A DNA stretch of 63,845 nucleotides from an uncultured Saprospiraceae bacterium (lineage in GTDB: Bacteria > Bacteroidota > Bacteroidia > Chitinophagales > Saprospiraceae), in the NCBI GenBank assembly GCA_964403985.1, contig CAYOIL010000001.1:1-63845 (forward strand), read 5' to 3'. A program made the position numbers and the translations under genes. Position 1 is the stretch's first letter. The number at the start of each line of letters is the position of its first letter. Shown one piece after another: positions 1 through 9,697 of the stretch. The notes beneath the pieces were generated by a model that saw only the letters and a program-made list of their open reading frames with translations, was not told where the DNA came from and did not search any database.

Positions 1-1
1 G

Positions 2-75
2 TGGTCCCACAAGGGCTCGAACCTTGGACCCCCTGATTATGAGTCAGGTGCTCTAACCAACTGAGCTATGGGACC
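2..75 (-). tRNA. tRNA with CAU anticodon (elongator tRNA-Met, or tRNA-Ile2 if the wobble C is lysidinylated)
   Basis: The reverse complement reads GGTCCCATAGCTCAGTTGGTTAGAGCACCTGACTCATAATCAGGGGGTCCAAGGTTCGAGCCCTTGTGGGACCA. It has a 7-bp acceptor stem GGTCCCA/TGGGACC, a D-loop AGCTCAGTTGGTTAGAGC, an anticodon loop CTCATAA and a T-loop GGTTCGAGCC. Confidence 0.9.
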
Positions 76-352
76 TCTTATAATAAGAACGCAAAAGTAA
101 ACAACTACTTAGATTCAAACAATAGTTGTGTAAGATTATATTATATTAAAACTTTAACTAATGTGTTTTGTGTTTTTTTGTCGGCTGTAATCCAATGATG
201 ACAGTGCTTTCAAAATTAATTTAAAAAAAGTTGAAAAATTTGGGAACGAAATGAAGGGGTAATTACACTAATAAAGGACAGCAAGAAAATCGAACTTTTT
301 ATTTCTTGCGTGAATTTTATAATCGCCCATATGGGCACAATTAACATTAATC

Positions 353-706
353 ATGAGTATTAATAATCAAATTACCTTAATCGGAAACTTAGGAGCTGAC
401 TTTGAAACAAAAGACCTAGGAAATGGAAGACTTTTAGCTAAATCATCTCTAGCAACTAACGAAACCTATCGAAACGCACAAGACGAACTTGTTCAAAAAA
501 CAGAATGGCACCGATTAGTTGTTTGGGGAAAACGTGCAGAGTTTATTTCAAAACTTGCCAAAAAAGGAACTCAATTAGCAATTACAGGTAAGCTTAAATA
601 CAATTCTTACGAAGATAGTGAGGGTGTGAAAAAAACTTCAGCTCAGATAGAGGTTAGTGAATTTCGTTTGCTTGAACCAAAATCTAAGGAACAAGTTGCT
701 GTTTAA
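353..706 (+). CDS. ssb: Single-stranded DNA-binding protein, short form (117 aa) without an acidic C-terminal tip
   Basis: OB-fold SSB signature ITLIGNLG...TEWHRLVVWGKRAEF...GKLKYNSYEDSEG. The protein ends ...EPKSKEQVAV, with no Gly/Pro linker and no D-D-x-P-F tail. Confidence 0.85.
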   Translation: MSINNQITLIGNLGADFETKDLGNGRLLAKSSLATNETYRNAQDELVQKTEWHRLVVWGKRAEFISKLAKKGTQLAITGKLKYNSYEDSEGVKKTSAQIEVSEFRLLEPKSKEQVAV

Positions 707-906
707 TCAGGGTTTAACCCAAACAGTTAAATTGAAGCTTCTCTTATTTACATGGAAAACACACACCCATTAATTATCAACAAAGGTTGTGAAGTAAGAG
801 TAGTCTAGAATGGGTAAATCTATGTTCACAAACATAGATGCCCGTTCTTTTTTACGAATGTTCATTTAGTGGAATTGCATTATTCAAAAGCAGAAGATTT
901 ATAAAT

Positions 907-941
907 TATATTAGTCTATATATATTGGAAATACTAATATA
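907..941. promoter_or_regulatory. Perfect 9-bp inverted repeat TATATTAGT-N17-ACTAATATA upstream of recA (candidate operator)
   Basis: The arms at 907-915 and 933-941 are exact reverse complements. The right arm abuts a near-consensus -7 box, (t)AAATTTTG at 941-948, about 90 nt upstream of the recA ATG. Confidence 0.3.
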
Positions 942-1038
942 AATTTTGCATCTTTGTAGCCTTGAATTTGCGAGCTAAAAGCCTAAAATTCATAGTTCAT
1001 CCCACTAATCATTTTATTAATATTTAGAAAAAATTATC

Positions 1039-2073
1039 ATGGCAGATAAACAACAACAAGAAAAATTAAAAGCGCTAAAACTCGCTGTTGATAAATTAGA
1101 TAAAACTTATGGTAAAGGGACCATAATGAAGTTAGGAGATAAGCAAGTTGTAGAGACTGATGTTATTCCTACAGGATCACTTGGTCTTGATATAGCTTTA
1201 GGAATAGGAGGTTTGCCCAAAGGAAGAGTAGTAGAAATCTATGGACCGGAATCTTCAGGAAAAACAACACTAGCCATTCATGCAATTGCTGAGTGTCAGA
1301 AAAACGGTGGAATTGCCGCATTTATTGATGCAGAACATGCATTCGATAAGTTTTATGCAGAGCACCTAGGTGTAGATACAGAAAATCTATTGATTTCTCA
1401 ACCGGATAATGGTGAGCAAGCACTTGAAATTGCAGAAAACTTGATAAGATCTGGCGCAATAGACATTATTGTAATTGATTCAGTTGCTGCATTGGTTCCA
1501 AGAGCTGAGATAGAAGGAGAGATGGGAGATAGCAAGATGGGTCTTCAAGCAAGATTAATGTCTCAAGCATTAAGAAAACTTACTGGAACAATAGGGAGAA
1601 CTGGATGCTGCTGTATTTTTATTAACCAATTAAGAGAGAAGATTGGTGTAATGTTTGGAAATCCAGAAACAACAACAGGTGGTAATGCACTTAAATTTTA
1701 TGCCTCAGTAAGATTGGACATTAGAAGATCTGGATCGGCAATAAAAGACAAAGAAGGAAATGTAATAGGTAATCCTACTAAAGTGAAGGTTGTTAAGAAT
1801 AAATTAGCGCCTCCTTTCAGATTAGCATTATTTGACATTATGTTTGGAGAGGGTGTTTCAAAACTTGGTGAAATTATTGATCTAGGAGTTGATGCTGATA
1901 TAATGGAAAAAAGTGGTTCATGGTATGGATACGAAGGAACTAAAATTGCACAAGGAAGAGAAGCAGCAAAAAGATTCTTAAGCGATAATCCAGAAGTTGC
2001 TTTAGAAATAGAGAAGAGAGTAAAAGCAAAATATAATGTTCCCATGAAAGAAGAGGCTGAAGTAAAAGCATAA
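1039..2073 (+). CDS. recA: Recombinase RecA
   Basis: Walker [27 protein letters not shown] and the loop 2 region [37 protein letters not shown]. Confidence 0.98.
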   Translation: MADKQQQEKLKALKLAVDKLDKTYGKGTIMKLGDKQVVETDVIPTGSLGLDIALGIGGLPKGRVVEIYGPESSGKTTLAIHAIAECQKNGGIAAFIDAEHAFDKFYAEHLGVDTENLLISQPDNGEQALEIAENLIRSGAIDIIVIDSVAALVPRAEIEGEMGDSKMGLQARLMSQALRKLTGTIGRTGCCCIFINQLREKIGVMFGNPETTTGGNALKFYASVRLDIRRSGSAIKDKEGNVIGNPTKVKVVKNKLAPPFRLALFDIMFGEGVSKLGEIIDLGVDADIMEKSGSWYGYEGTKIAQGREAAKRFLSDNPEVALEIEKRVKAKYNVPMKEEAEVKA

Positions 2074-2145
2074 AATTTACTTTTAACCTGAGTTTGAGAA
2101 AACTTGCTTATTCATTTTGTTGATTTGCAAGTGATTAAAAAATAT

Positions 2146-2181
2146 AAAAGCCTATTCATTTGATTTTGAATAGGCTTTTTG
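2146..2181 (+). terminator. Intrinsic terminator after recA
   Basis: Hairpin AAAAGCCTATTCA-loop-TGAATAGGCTTTT followed by a T-run, about 70 nt after the recA stop. Confidence 0.75.
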
Positions 2182-2197
2182 TATTTAAATACATACA

Positions 2198-2394
2198 GAT
2201 TAAACTCGAATTATGCTTTAGGGCTTTGTTAAGAGGAACGAAAATGCAATAAAATCAGGAGAATTGGAAGATTTAACATAGCATCTCAAACGCTTAAGGC
2301 GTTACAAGTAATGGTGAATCTGAAAACTCCAGTGAAACGTTGATTTTGAAGTAGTTTCGTTACGCAATAGTCTAAAGCATAATTCGGGTTAAAC
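2198..2394 (+). repeat. Copy A of a roughly 197-nt rod-like structured element (unclassified sRNA or MITE-like repeat)
   Basis: A 17-bp closing stem CTCGAATTATGCTTTAG / CTAAAGCATAATTCGGG, inner helices AACGAAA/TTTCGTT and AAAATCA/TGATTTT, and an AACGC-TTAAG-GCGTT hairpin. A second copy lies at 24097-24295 on the opposite strand. Confidence 0.7.
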
Positions 2395-2431
2395 ACTAAA
2401 ATATTTTACCACCTTCCTAAGAATCAAAAGC

Positions 2432-4447
2432 TTACTTTAAGCTTATTTCTATGAAATCCATAGTATTACTTTCGTGACGTTCATTATAAATAAGTGTTTC
2501 ATTATTAATCACTTTTACTCTTGTATAATTATCCTCTTTAGATATTAGAATAGAAAAATTACCCCCAAATGCTTTATTGTTTAATAATTCCATAGAGTCC
2601 CAAGAACTTGGGAGAGAAGGTTTAAATCTAAAAGAATAGAAGCCTGTTCCTTGAATTCCAAATAAACCTTCGGTTAAAACCCTACAATATAAGCCACTTT
2701 CAGCTGATAAATGTGCCATAGAACCTTCGGGATAAGCTTCTACAGCATAAGGTACACGATCTTTTAAAAGCCTTTTATCTGTGTATTGTATTAGTTTGTT
2801 TAAAGATTGATCCGTTGCCCCTGACAAGAATGTGCCCCTTAAAGCGTATAGTGTTCCTCTGTCCCAAAAGATCGATGAAATATCTGGATTCGGATGATTT
2901 CGTTCAACATATACACCATTTTCTCCCCATAGTTTATCAAATAAAGCAATAATCGTTTCCTCTTTTCTATTGTTTATTCCGACAACTAATGGCATACAAA
3001 TCCAATGTCTTAAATTCTCGTGTCCTTCAAAGTATCTATATGTTTTTAATCCCTCAATCTCCATTCCAAAATATTGTTCAAGATTAATGGCTAATTTCTC
3101 AGCTTGCTCTTTATACTTCTGCGCTAATTCGCTATTACCCATTGATTGTGCTAAAATACAGGCTTGATTTAAAGCCCCATAATATAAGCAAGATGTTGAT
3201 AAATTCGCATGACCGGTTTCAATTCTTCCCTCCATTTCATCGCTTTCACTTTTTACAACACCTTTTTCATTTAACATTCGATGGTTGTATTCTAGACACC
3301 ATTCTATTAATGGCCATATTCTTTCGGCTTCTTTAGTATTTGAATAAGCTAATAAAAACTGACTGGCACCATATGCAATCATTGCGGCATCTCCTCTATC
3401 TAAAGTTGGTGTAGGTGCAATTCCTTCTAATTCAAATGAGTAGCGAATGTTTGAATATGTTTCATTAATTTCATTTAAAAAGGCTGTATAACAGTTTAAA
3501 GCAGATTGATTACCGATAGAATAACCTAAAAACGGAAAAAGAGGACTAATATATTCGGCTTGATCATTTGCCCAGAAACCAACATAATATCTTCCTCCCC
3601 CTGGAGAGTGAATTAGTCCATATCTGGATTGAAAGATACTTTCACTTCCTCTAATTTTTGAAAATTCATATAGTTGGTTAATATTTTCATTTGGTGTTTT
3701 TAAAACACAAGAAGTTTTCATTTGACTAAGAAACTTTTTTCTTTTACTCCACTCATTTTCGGAATTCAACTGGGTAGATTCCAATGAAATGGAGACCATA
3801 AATGAATGGGACTCCTTCGGATTTATTTCAAAGAATTTTTCTATATCACAGTCCGATACCATACTTTGCCTTTCTCCATCGATTGTAAGACAAGAAACAG
3901 ACTTTTGGTTTTTAACAGCTTGAATTTTTATTGCTTCTTTATTAGAATTTGAAATTGTAAATCGCTCTATATATGCTGCCTTGTCCGTCGATGGAAAAAT
4001 AGTTCTAGATATGGAAATGCCGTTTATTGATTTATATGTAAAAGCAATATAACCATCAATTTTTATAGATTCCAAAGTATCTAATATAATTTGCCTATCC
4101 TTATAATAGAGTTTGGGAAGAATCTCATTGTCTGTAAAGGTCTCTTTAAAGTAAGCTCTATAAATCTTCCAATCCGCGTCTGTACTTTTTAATTTTGGAT
4201 GTACTTGAGGAAAAATAACTTCTCTTTTAATCGTCGCAACCCCTACAGAATCTACAGAATAATCAACAATTGTTGATAGTAATTGACCTGACATTTCAAT
4301 ATTATCTTGAATTTCAATTGGTTTAGATGCATTGTACTTGTAGCTAATACCTTGGCTTGAGTTTTGCCATTCGTTTGTGGTTTGGGCTGTAGCCCAAAAA
4401 GAAAAGAAAAAAAGAGTAATAAAAAAATTAGTAGCTTTAACAGACAT
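2432..4447 (-). CDS. Secreted (alpha/alpha)6 six-hairpin glycosidase-like protein, family undetermined
   Basis: N-terminal signal peptide (FFITLFFFSFWATAQ). The C-terminal half has helical-toroid-like segments (FWANDQAEY, GDAAMIAYGASQFLLAY, CLYYGALNQA). No family assignment is possible by eye. Confidence 0.4.
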   Translation of the reverse strand: MSVKATNFFITLFFFSFWATAQTTNEWQNSSQGISYKYNASKPIEIQDNIEMSGQLLSTIVDYSVDSVGVATIKREVIFPQVHPKLKSTDADWKIYRAYFKETFTDNEILPKLYYKDRQIILDTLESIKIDGYIAFTYKSINGISISRTIFPSTDKAAYIERFTISNSNKEAIKIQAVKNQKSVSCLTIDGERQSMVSDCDIEKFFEINPKESHSFMVSISLESTQLNSENEWSKRKKFLSQMKTSCVLKTPNENINQLYEFSKIRGSESIFQSRYGLIHSPGGGRYYVGFWANDQAEYISPLFPFLGYSIGNQSALNCYTAFLNEINETYSNIRYSFELEGIAPTPTLDRGDAAMIAYGASQFLLAYSNTKEAERIWPLIEWCLEYNHRMLNEKGVVKSESDEMEGRIETGHANLSTSCLYYGALNQACILAQSMGNSELAQKYKEQAEKLAINLEQYFGMEIEGLKTYRYFEGHENLRHWICMPLVVGINNRKEETIIALFDKLWGENGVYVERNHPNPDISSIFWDRGTLYALRGTFLSGATDQSLNKLIQYTDKRLLKDRVPYAVEAYPEGSMAHLSAESGLYCRVLTEGLFGIQGTGFYSFRFKPSLPSSWDSMELLNNKAFGGNFSILISKEDNYTRVKVINNETLIYNERHESNTMDFIEISLK

Positions 4448-4477
4448 ATTTCTATTTGAAGATCAAATATACGTATT

Positions 4478-5428
4478 ATGAAAAGGCGAAAATTTATTAC
4501 CAGCGGAACACATTTGGGAGCGTTATTATTAATTGCTCCATATTTAGTTTCTTGTAAAGGAAAATCTAAAGAAGAAATCAAAAAAGTAATAGAAGAATCC
4601 AACTCTGGAGTTTTTACATCAAATGATGATTATACGATTACACATGTTGAAGGAAATATATATACCTTCGAAGAGAGAGGAGGAACGATTGGTTTTTATG
4701 TGACAGAAGATACAGTAATAATAATTGATACTCAGTTTCCCGACCAATCTCAACATTTGATAGATGCCATATCTACTCAGTCACAATCCAAAGTTGACTT
4801 GTTAGTAAATACCCATCATCATGGAGATCATACCTCAGGGAATATTGCCTATAAAGACATCCTAGGTATGCATATTGCACATGAAAATAGCTTAAAAAAT
4901 CAAAAGAGAGTAGCGGAAGAAAGAGATCAAAAAGATGTATTATATCCCACAAATACTTTCTCTACAGATCAAACCTATTCTAAAGGGGATTTGAAAATGG
5001 AGTTTAGTTATTTTGGACCTGCTCATACAGATGGAGACATCATTTCGTTTTTTGCAAATGAAAATGTAGTCCATATGGGGGATTTAATATTTAATAGAAG
5101 ATTTCCATTTATTGATAAATCATCAGGGGCTAATATTTCTAATTGGATTAAGGTTTTGGATCAAACACTTACTAAATTCGATTCAGAAACGAAATATATA
5201 TTTGGTCATTCGGCGAATGGGCATAATGTTAGAGGATCGTCGGAAGACGTAAAAGCATTTCAGAATTACTTAGAGAAATTGTTAGAATTTGGAATGGAGA
5301 GCAAGAAGGCGGGAAAGAGTTTAGAGGAAATAAAAAGTGATACAAAGCTTATTCCAGGAGCAGAAGAATGGGAAGGAAAAGGAATTGATAGATCATTGGA
5401 TGCAGTATATGCGGAATTAAATGAATAA
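4478..5428 (+). CDS. MBL-fold metallo-hydrolase with a Tat-like lipoprotein signal
   Basis: HHHGDH zinc motif (VNTHHHGDHTSGN), downstream H/D ligands (GPAHTDGD, GHS), and an N-terminal RRKFI...LVSC signal. Confidence 0.8.
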   Translation: MKRRKFITSGTHLGALLLIAPYLVSCKGKSKEEIKKVIEESNSGVFTSNDDYTITHVEGNIYTFEERGGTIGFYVTEDTVIIIDTQFPDQSQHLIDAISTQSQSKVDLLVNTHHHGDHTSGNIAYKDILGMHIAHENSLKNQKRVAEERDQKDVLYPTNTFSTDQTYSKGDLKMEFSYFGPAHTDGDIISFFANENVVHMGDLIFNRRFPFIDKSSGANISNWIKVLDQTLTKFDSETKYIFGHSANGHNVRGSSEDVKAFQNYLEKLLEFGMESKKAGKSLEEIKSDTKLIPGAEEWEGKGIDRSLDAVYAELNE

Positions 5429-5448
5429 AATGATTTAGCTTAATTCAT

Positions 5449-8400
5449 ATGAAACAAATAGTATTATTTATATCCTTTTTTGTCATTGTTTCGATTTCAA
5501 ATGTATTTGGAGGAGATGATATTTGTAATGCGACAGAGATTGATTTAAATGATGAATTGACAGAATTTGATAATACATTAAATACGAATTCAACAATTGT
5601 TCCACCACCATTTGGAGGTTATGTAGGACCGGATACATGGATAGAATTTGAGATGCCAGTAGGGCCGCTTTATTTAACAATAGAAGAACTAAGTTTAATT
5701 AATCCGGCAATAGCTATTTATGAGGGACCATGTACAGATCCCAAATTATTGTATAATGTATTGGATAATAATTGTGATGGTTCTGAGTCGCCAGCATTAT
5801 TAATTGAAAATCTAGAACCTGGAGAGACATATTATTTACGAATATGGCCAGAAAATGGGAGTCAGAATGGTACTTTTTTAATTGGCTTTTCGGATATGAT
5901 TTCTACGATTCCAAATTTTGAAACATATGAAGATGCTTTTATAAACGGAGATTGTATAACGCTTACACCCCAACAAGGAGGTCAACAAGGCTGTGCTTGG
6001 TATCAAATTCCAATTGATTTTAATTTCTCGTTTACTCATACAATGACAGCAAACTTTGGTGTATTAAATGGGAATGGTGCTGATGGAATTTGTTTAGTAT
6101 ATCAATCTGCAGGACCTAATTTTTGTGGAGGAACAGGATCTGGAATTGGTGCAGGAGGAATGCCGAACTCAGCTATTTTTGAATTTGATACTTGGCAAAA
6201 TGGGTTTTTAAATGATCCTGTTGATGATCATACTTCTCTAAATATAAATGGAGATATGAATCATGCTAATTCGATAGAAGGACCAGTGGTCTTAGGAAAT
6301 ATTGAAGATGGTCTAGATCATACTCTTACATTTGAATGGAATCCTATAGGCAATCAATACACCTTGTTTTTCGATGGAATGATTGTATTATCTGGGAGTT
6401 TTGACTTTATAACAAATTGTTTTGGAGGAGAAAACTTAGCTTACTGGGGATATACATCAGCAACAGGTGGTTCGACTAATCTACATGTTATATGTCCAGA
6501 AGTTGAAGAATACTTGCCAAGCACAATTGATTATTTAGAAATTGATTTATGTGCAGGAGGTTCTTACAATGGATTTACAGAAAGTGGTTATTACACGGAA
6601 TTGGTTAATGGTCCAAATGGGTGTTTACACCAGAACAATATCTTATTAAATATTGAAGCCGCATCTCCACCTAATTTTATTGATACCATTATCTGTTATG
6701 GAGAAAGTGTTGTCGTTAATAATCAAATATTTTCAGAACCCTTTTTATATTTAATAGAAACACAAACAGACATTGGCTGTGATAGCAGTATAATTCTAGA
6801 TTTGGAAGTAATAGAATTAGAAGTAGCATTTGATTCGATGCCCTTTTTATCTTGTAATTTTTCAGAAATAGAAATTGGTCCAAGTATTGAATCTAATGTA
6901 CCAGAAGATCAGATAAGTTATTTATGGAGTCAAAATGGTGAAACAACAGAAAGTATTTTTGTAAATACTCCAGGTGATTATACTGTTTTTGTTTCTGTTG
7001 AAATTGATGGTGTTACATGTCAAAGCTTCGAAACAATCTCAATTAGTGCAGAAGATGAACCTGTAATTGAAAGTTTAGATGATATATTTCTTGATTGTGA
7101 GACAAGTGACTCTACATTTATTTTAACTAATAATACTTCAACCATAAATTCTGAAGTTACTTGGTTCTATGATAATACTATTGTAAGCACGAATAATTCA
7201 ACTCAAGTTGTAAATCCAGGACAATATATCTTTTTTCTTCAAGATACAATTTCTGGTTGCTCTGCTTCAGATACAGTAAATGTTGTTGCTTCTGATGAGC
7301 AACCAATGGTCAGTATTGAAGGACAAGAGTTGAATTGTGAATTAACGGAATTTATTCCAGAAGTAACTACCTCCAATGATGTAGTAGAATTTAATTGGTT
7401 TCTTGACAGCTTTTTAGTTTCTAATACCGAAGAGATAATTATTGACCAAGGAGGAACATATGTTTTACAAGTACAAAATGCGAATGGCTGTTCTTCTCAA
7501 ACACAAATTGAAATCAATCAAGATACGATTGCACCAGAAATAGATATTCCAAATGGAATTATTTTATGTGATGAAAATTCAGTTACTATTTACACAGATT
7601 TATCTTTTGATAATTTCTATGGTATTTCAGATCCTGAAAATATAGATTTTAATCCTGACTCTATTACTTTTAATGCAGAGGGAGAATATATTATTAATGC
7701 AATAAATCCAATTAACGAGTGTTTCAATCCTGATACTATTCTTATTACTTCTTTAGGAGATTCTCCTGAAATTGTCTTTATTTCTGATACACTTAATTGT
7801 AATACCACTTCCTTTCCATTAACTTCTATAACGAATCAATCAGGACTTATTTATGAGTGGGCAGTAGACGGATCTATTATTTCTCAAGATTCTTTGGTTT
7901 CTATTGATTCACCATCCATTTATTATCATACGGTTACGACAGCAACAGGATGTTCTACCACGGATTCTATTTTAATTATTGAAGACCTTTCTGCGCCAAT
8001 TGTTAATGTTTCTTCTGATACAATTGATTGTGAATTTCCAAGTACAATCCTTCAGTTTGAAAATGAAGATTTTTATTCTACAATATGGACAGATGAAGAA
8101 AATAATGTTTTTAATTCTTCAGATTTAGTAGTTAATCAACCGGGTGTTTATTTTGTTGATGTTGAAAATATAATAACAGGTTGTCATACTTATGATACAA
8201 TTGAAGTAATTTCTAATTCTATCTTTCCAGATTATTCTATTATGAATGGAAATTTAGATTGTAACCAAACGAGTCTTGAATTGGACTTTACAATTAATAA
8301 TAATTATGAAACTTTAAATTGGTCTGGACCATCTCAGTTTCAATCAACAGAGATTAATCCTACAATAGAAGAAGATGGGGTTTATAATATATTTGTTGAT

Positions 8401-9693
8401 TTAGGTGGAGGATGTATTATTGATACATTTATTATAATAAGTGAAGATTTCGAAAGTCCAAATTTAGATATTATATATGATACAATCACATGTAATAAAA
8501 ATCTTGCAGATATATCTTTAATAGGTGAAAACTCTTCAGTTATTAATTTAATAAATCCGGAAGATAATACGATTAATGACATTACTTCTTATTCGACAGA
8601 CTTACCGGGTGAGTATATGGCAATAGTAATAGGAGAAAATGGATGCTCGGATAGTATTATTTTTGAAATACTAGCATTTACTTCTCCCCCTTCTTTAGAC
8701 ATAGCGATTCCAGATCCTATAACATGTATTAATACAACAGCAGAAATTGATGCAACTTCTTTAGAAGCTGAATCTTTTTCTTGGTCGGGACCAGATGATT
8801 TTTTAGCATTTAATTCTACAATTACAGCAATGAATGGCGGACAATATTTAGTAGTCGTTGAAGATTCCTATGGCTGTACAAACTCTGCTACAATTAATGT
8901 AGAAGAATTTCTTGATCTACCAGAAATTGACATAACTGGAGGTAGTTTAAATTGTGAAATAAGCGAAACAACAATTGTACTTGATGGAGAAGGGATTGAT
9001 GATTTAATTGAATGGAGATTAAATGGAGATTTTATTTCTGATCAGCAAAATATAAGTGTAAATCAAGAAGGATATTATTATTGTTTTGTAACTAATGAAT
9101 ATGGGTGCACATCAATTGATTCTTTCTTTGTTAATGAAAATATCGAATACCCAAATATTTTGCCAATTACAGAAACGGATATCGTTTTTTTCCCTACTGA
9201 AAATGAAAAGGATATAATAGTTGATGTTAATTCTAATGTTGATTATTCACTAAGTTGGATACCAGAAAATGCTGTGTCATGTTCAGATTGCGAAAGTACT
9301 ATTTTAAATAATTCAACAATTGACAGTTTAATTGTAATCGTAAATAATATTTATGGATGTATGGATACTTTGGTTTTTCAAATAAGAAGTGAATATTTCC
9401 CTCAAGTTATGGTTCCTAATGTTTTTACTCCGAATGATGACGGGAATAATGACTTTTTCACATTATTTGCTAATGATAAAATTCAAGAGATTGTTACCAT
9501 GTTAATTTATGATAGGTGGGGAAATAAGGTCGAAGAAAACAACAATTTTCTTCCCAATCAACCGAACTTGGGATGGGATGGTAAATTAAATGATTTAAAT
9601 GTTGTAGCAGGAGTGTATGCTTACTATTTTAAAGTGTTATTAGTTGATGGAGAAGAAATAGAAGTAATAGGTGATGTTACTGTTATGAGGTAA
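5449..9693 (+). CDS. Giant T9SS-secreted adhesin-like protein: N-terminal Cys-framed domain, L-type (bacterial) lectin-like domain, about 11 Cys-pair Ig-like repeats and a type B CTD
   Basis: Signal peptide, then a lectin-like block (CAWYQIPIDF...ADGICLVYQ...FEFDTWQN...DDH). Repeats of about 75-80 aa each end in a G-C-x-S/T motif. The C-terminus VPNVFTPNDDGNNDFF...YDRWGN is the gliding-motility-associated (type B T9SS) sorting domain. Confidence 0.85.
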   Translation: MKQIVLFISFFVIVSISNVFGGDDICNATEIDLNDELTEFDNTLNTNSTIVPPPFGGYVGPDTWIEFEMPVGPLYLTIEELSLINPAIAIYEGPCTDPKLLYNVLDNNCDGSESPALLIENLEPGETYYLRIWPENGSQNGTFLIGFSDMISTIPNFETYEDAFINGDCITLTPQQGGQQGCAWYQIPIDFNFSFTHTMTANFGVLNGNGADGICLVYQSAGPNFCGGTGSGIGAGGMPNSAIFEFDTWQNGFLNDPVDDHTSLNINGDMNHANSIEGPVVLGNIEDGLDHTLTFEWNPIGNQYTLFFDGMIVLSGSFDFITNCFGGENLAYWGYTSATGGSTNLHVICPEVEEYLPSTIDYLEIDLCAGGSYNGFTESGYYTELVNGPNGCLHQNNILLNIEAASPPNFIDTIICYGESVVVNNQIFSEPFLYLIETQTDIGCDSSIILDLEVIELEVAFDSMPFLSCNFSEIEIGPSIESNVPEDQISYLWSQNGETTESIFVNTPGDYTVFVSVEIDGVTCQSFETISISAEDEPVIESLDDIFLDCETSDSTFILTNNTSTINSEVTWFYDNTIVSTNNSTQVVNPGQYIFFLQDTISGCSASDTVNVVASDEQPMVSIEGQELNCELTEFIPEVTTSNDVVEFNWFLDSFLVSNTEEIIIDQGGTYVLQVQNANGCSSQTQIEINQDTIAPEIDIPNGIILCDENSVTIYTDLSFDNFYGISDPENIDFNPDSITFNAEGEYIINAINPINECFNPDTILITSLGDSPEIVFISDTLNCNTTSFPLTSITNQSGLIYEWAVDGSIISQDSLVSIDSPSIYYHTVTTATGCSTTDSILIIEDLSAPIVNVSSDTIDCEFPSTILQFENEDFYSTIWTDEENNVFNSSDLVVNQPGVYFVDVENIITGCHTYDTIEVISNSIFPDYSIMNGNLDCNQTSLELDFTINNNYETLNWSGPSQFQSTEINPTIEEDGVYNIFVDLGGGCIIDTFIIISEDFESPNLDIIYDTITCNKNLADISLIGENSSVINLINPEDNTINDITSYSTDLPGEYMAIVIGENGCSDSIIFEILAFTSPPSLDIAIPDPITCINTTAEIDATSLEAESFSWSGPDDFLAFNSTITAMNGGQYLVVVEDSYGCTNSATINVEEFLDLPEIDITGGSLNCEISETTIVLDGEGIDDLIEWRLNGDFISDQQNISVNQEGYYYCFVTNEYGCTSIDSFFVNENIEYPNILPITETDIVFFPTENEKDIIVDVNSNVDYSLSWIPENAVSCSDCESTILNNSTIDSLIVIVNNIYGCMDTLVFQIRSEYFPQVMVPNVFTPNDDGNNDFFTLFANDKIQEIVTMLIYDRWGNKVEENNNFLPNQPNLGWDGKLNDLNVVAGVYAYYFKVLLVDGEEIEVIGDVTVMR

Positions 9694-9697
9694 TTGA

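Noticed and set aside
1-352. The tRNA gene as a possible genomic-island integration site
   Set aside because: No integrase, no direct repeat of the tRNA 3' end and no mobile genes are visible. The 3' side of the tRNA lies outside the window, so the idea cannot be assessed.
818-856. Hairpin ATCTATGTT-CAC-AACATAGAT downstream of ssb as a terminator
   Set aside because: The stem is AT-rich, and the T-run is separated from it by 8 nt (GCCCGTTC). It is plausible but too weak to list as a feature.
1698-2045. 115-aa antisense ORF inside recA. The class also includes 2970-3336, 5483-5680, 7617-7808, 8382-8582, 10636-10824, 12328-12546, 12997-13203, 14223-14465, 17769-17981, 18591-18779, 20079-20463, 21663-22388, 25963-26487, 35693-36441, 37356-37656, 39333-39554, 43919-44182, 45658-45852, 50520-51221, 54836-55582, 58882-59416, 59910-60974 and 63327-63558.
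   Set aside because: All lie wholly inside, and mostly antisense to, longer ORFs with clear family signatures. Their translations are low-complexity or hydrophobic noise with no motifs.
4252-4602. 116-aa minus-strand ORF spanning the divergent start region of the glycosidase-like and MBL genes
   Set aside because: It overlaps the starts of two well-supported genes, and its translation is repetitive Leu/Ile/Phe noise.
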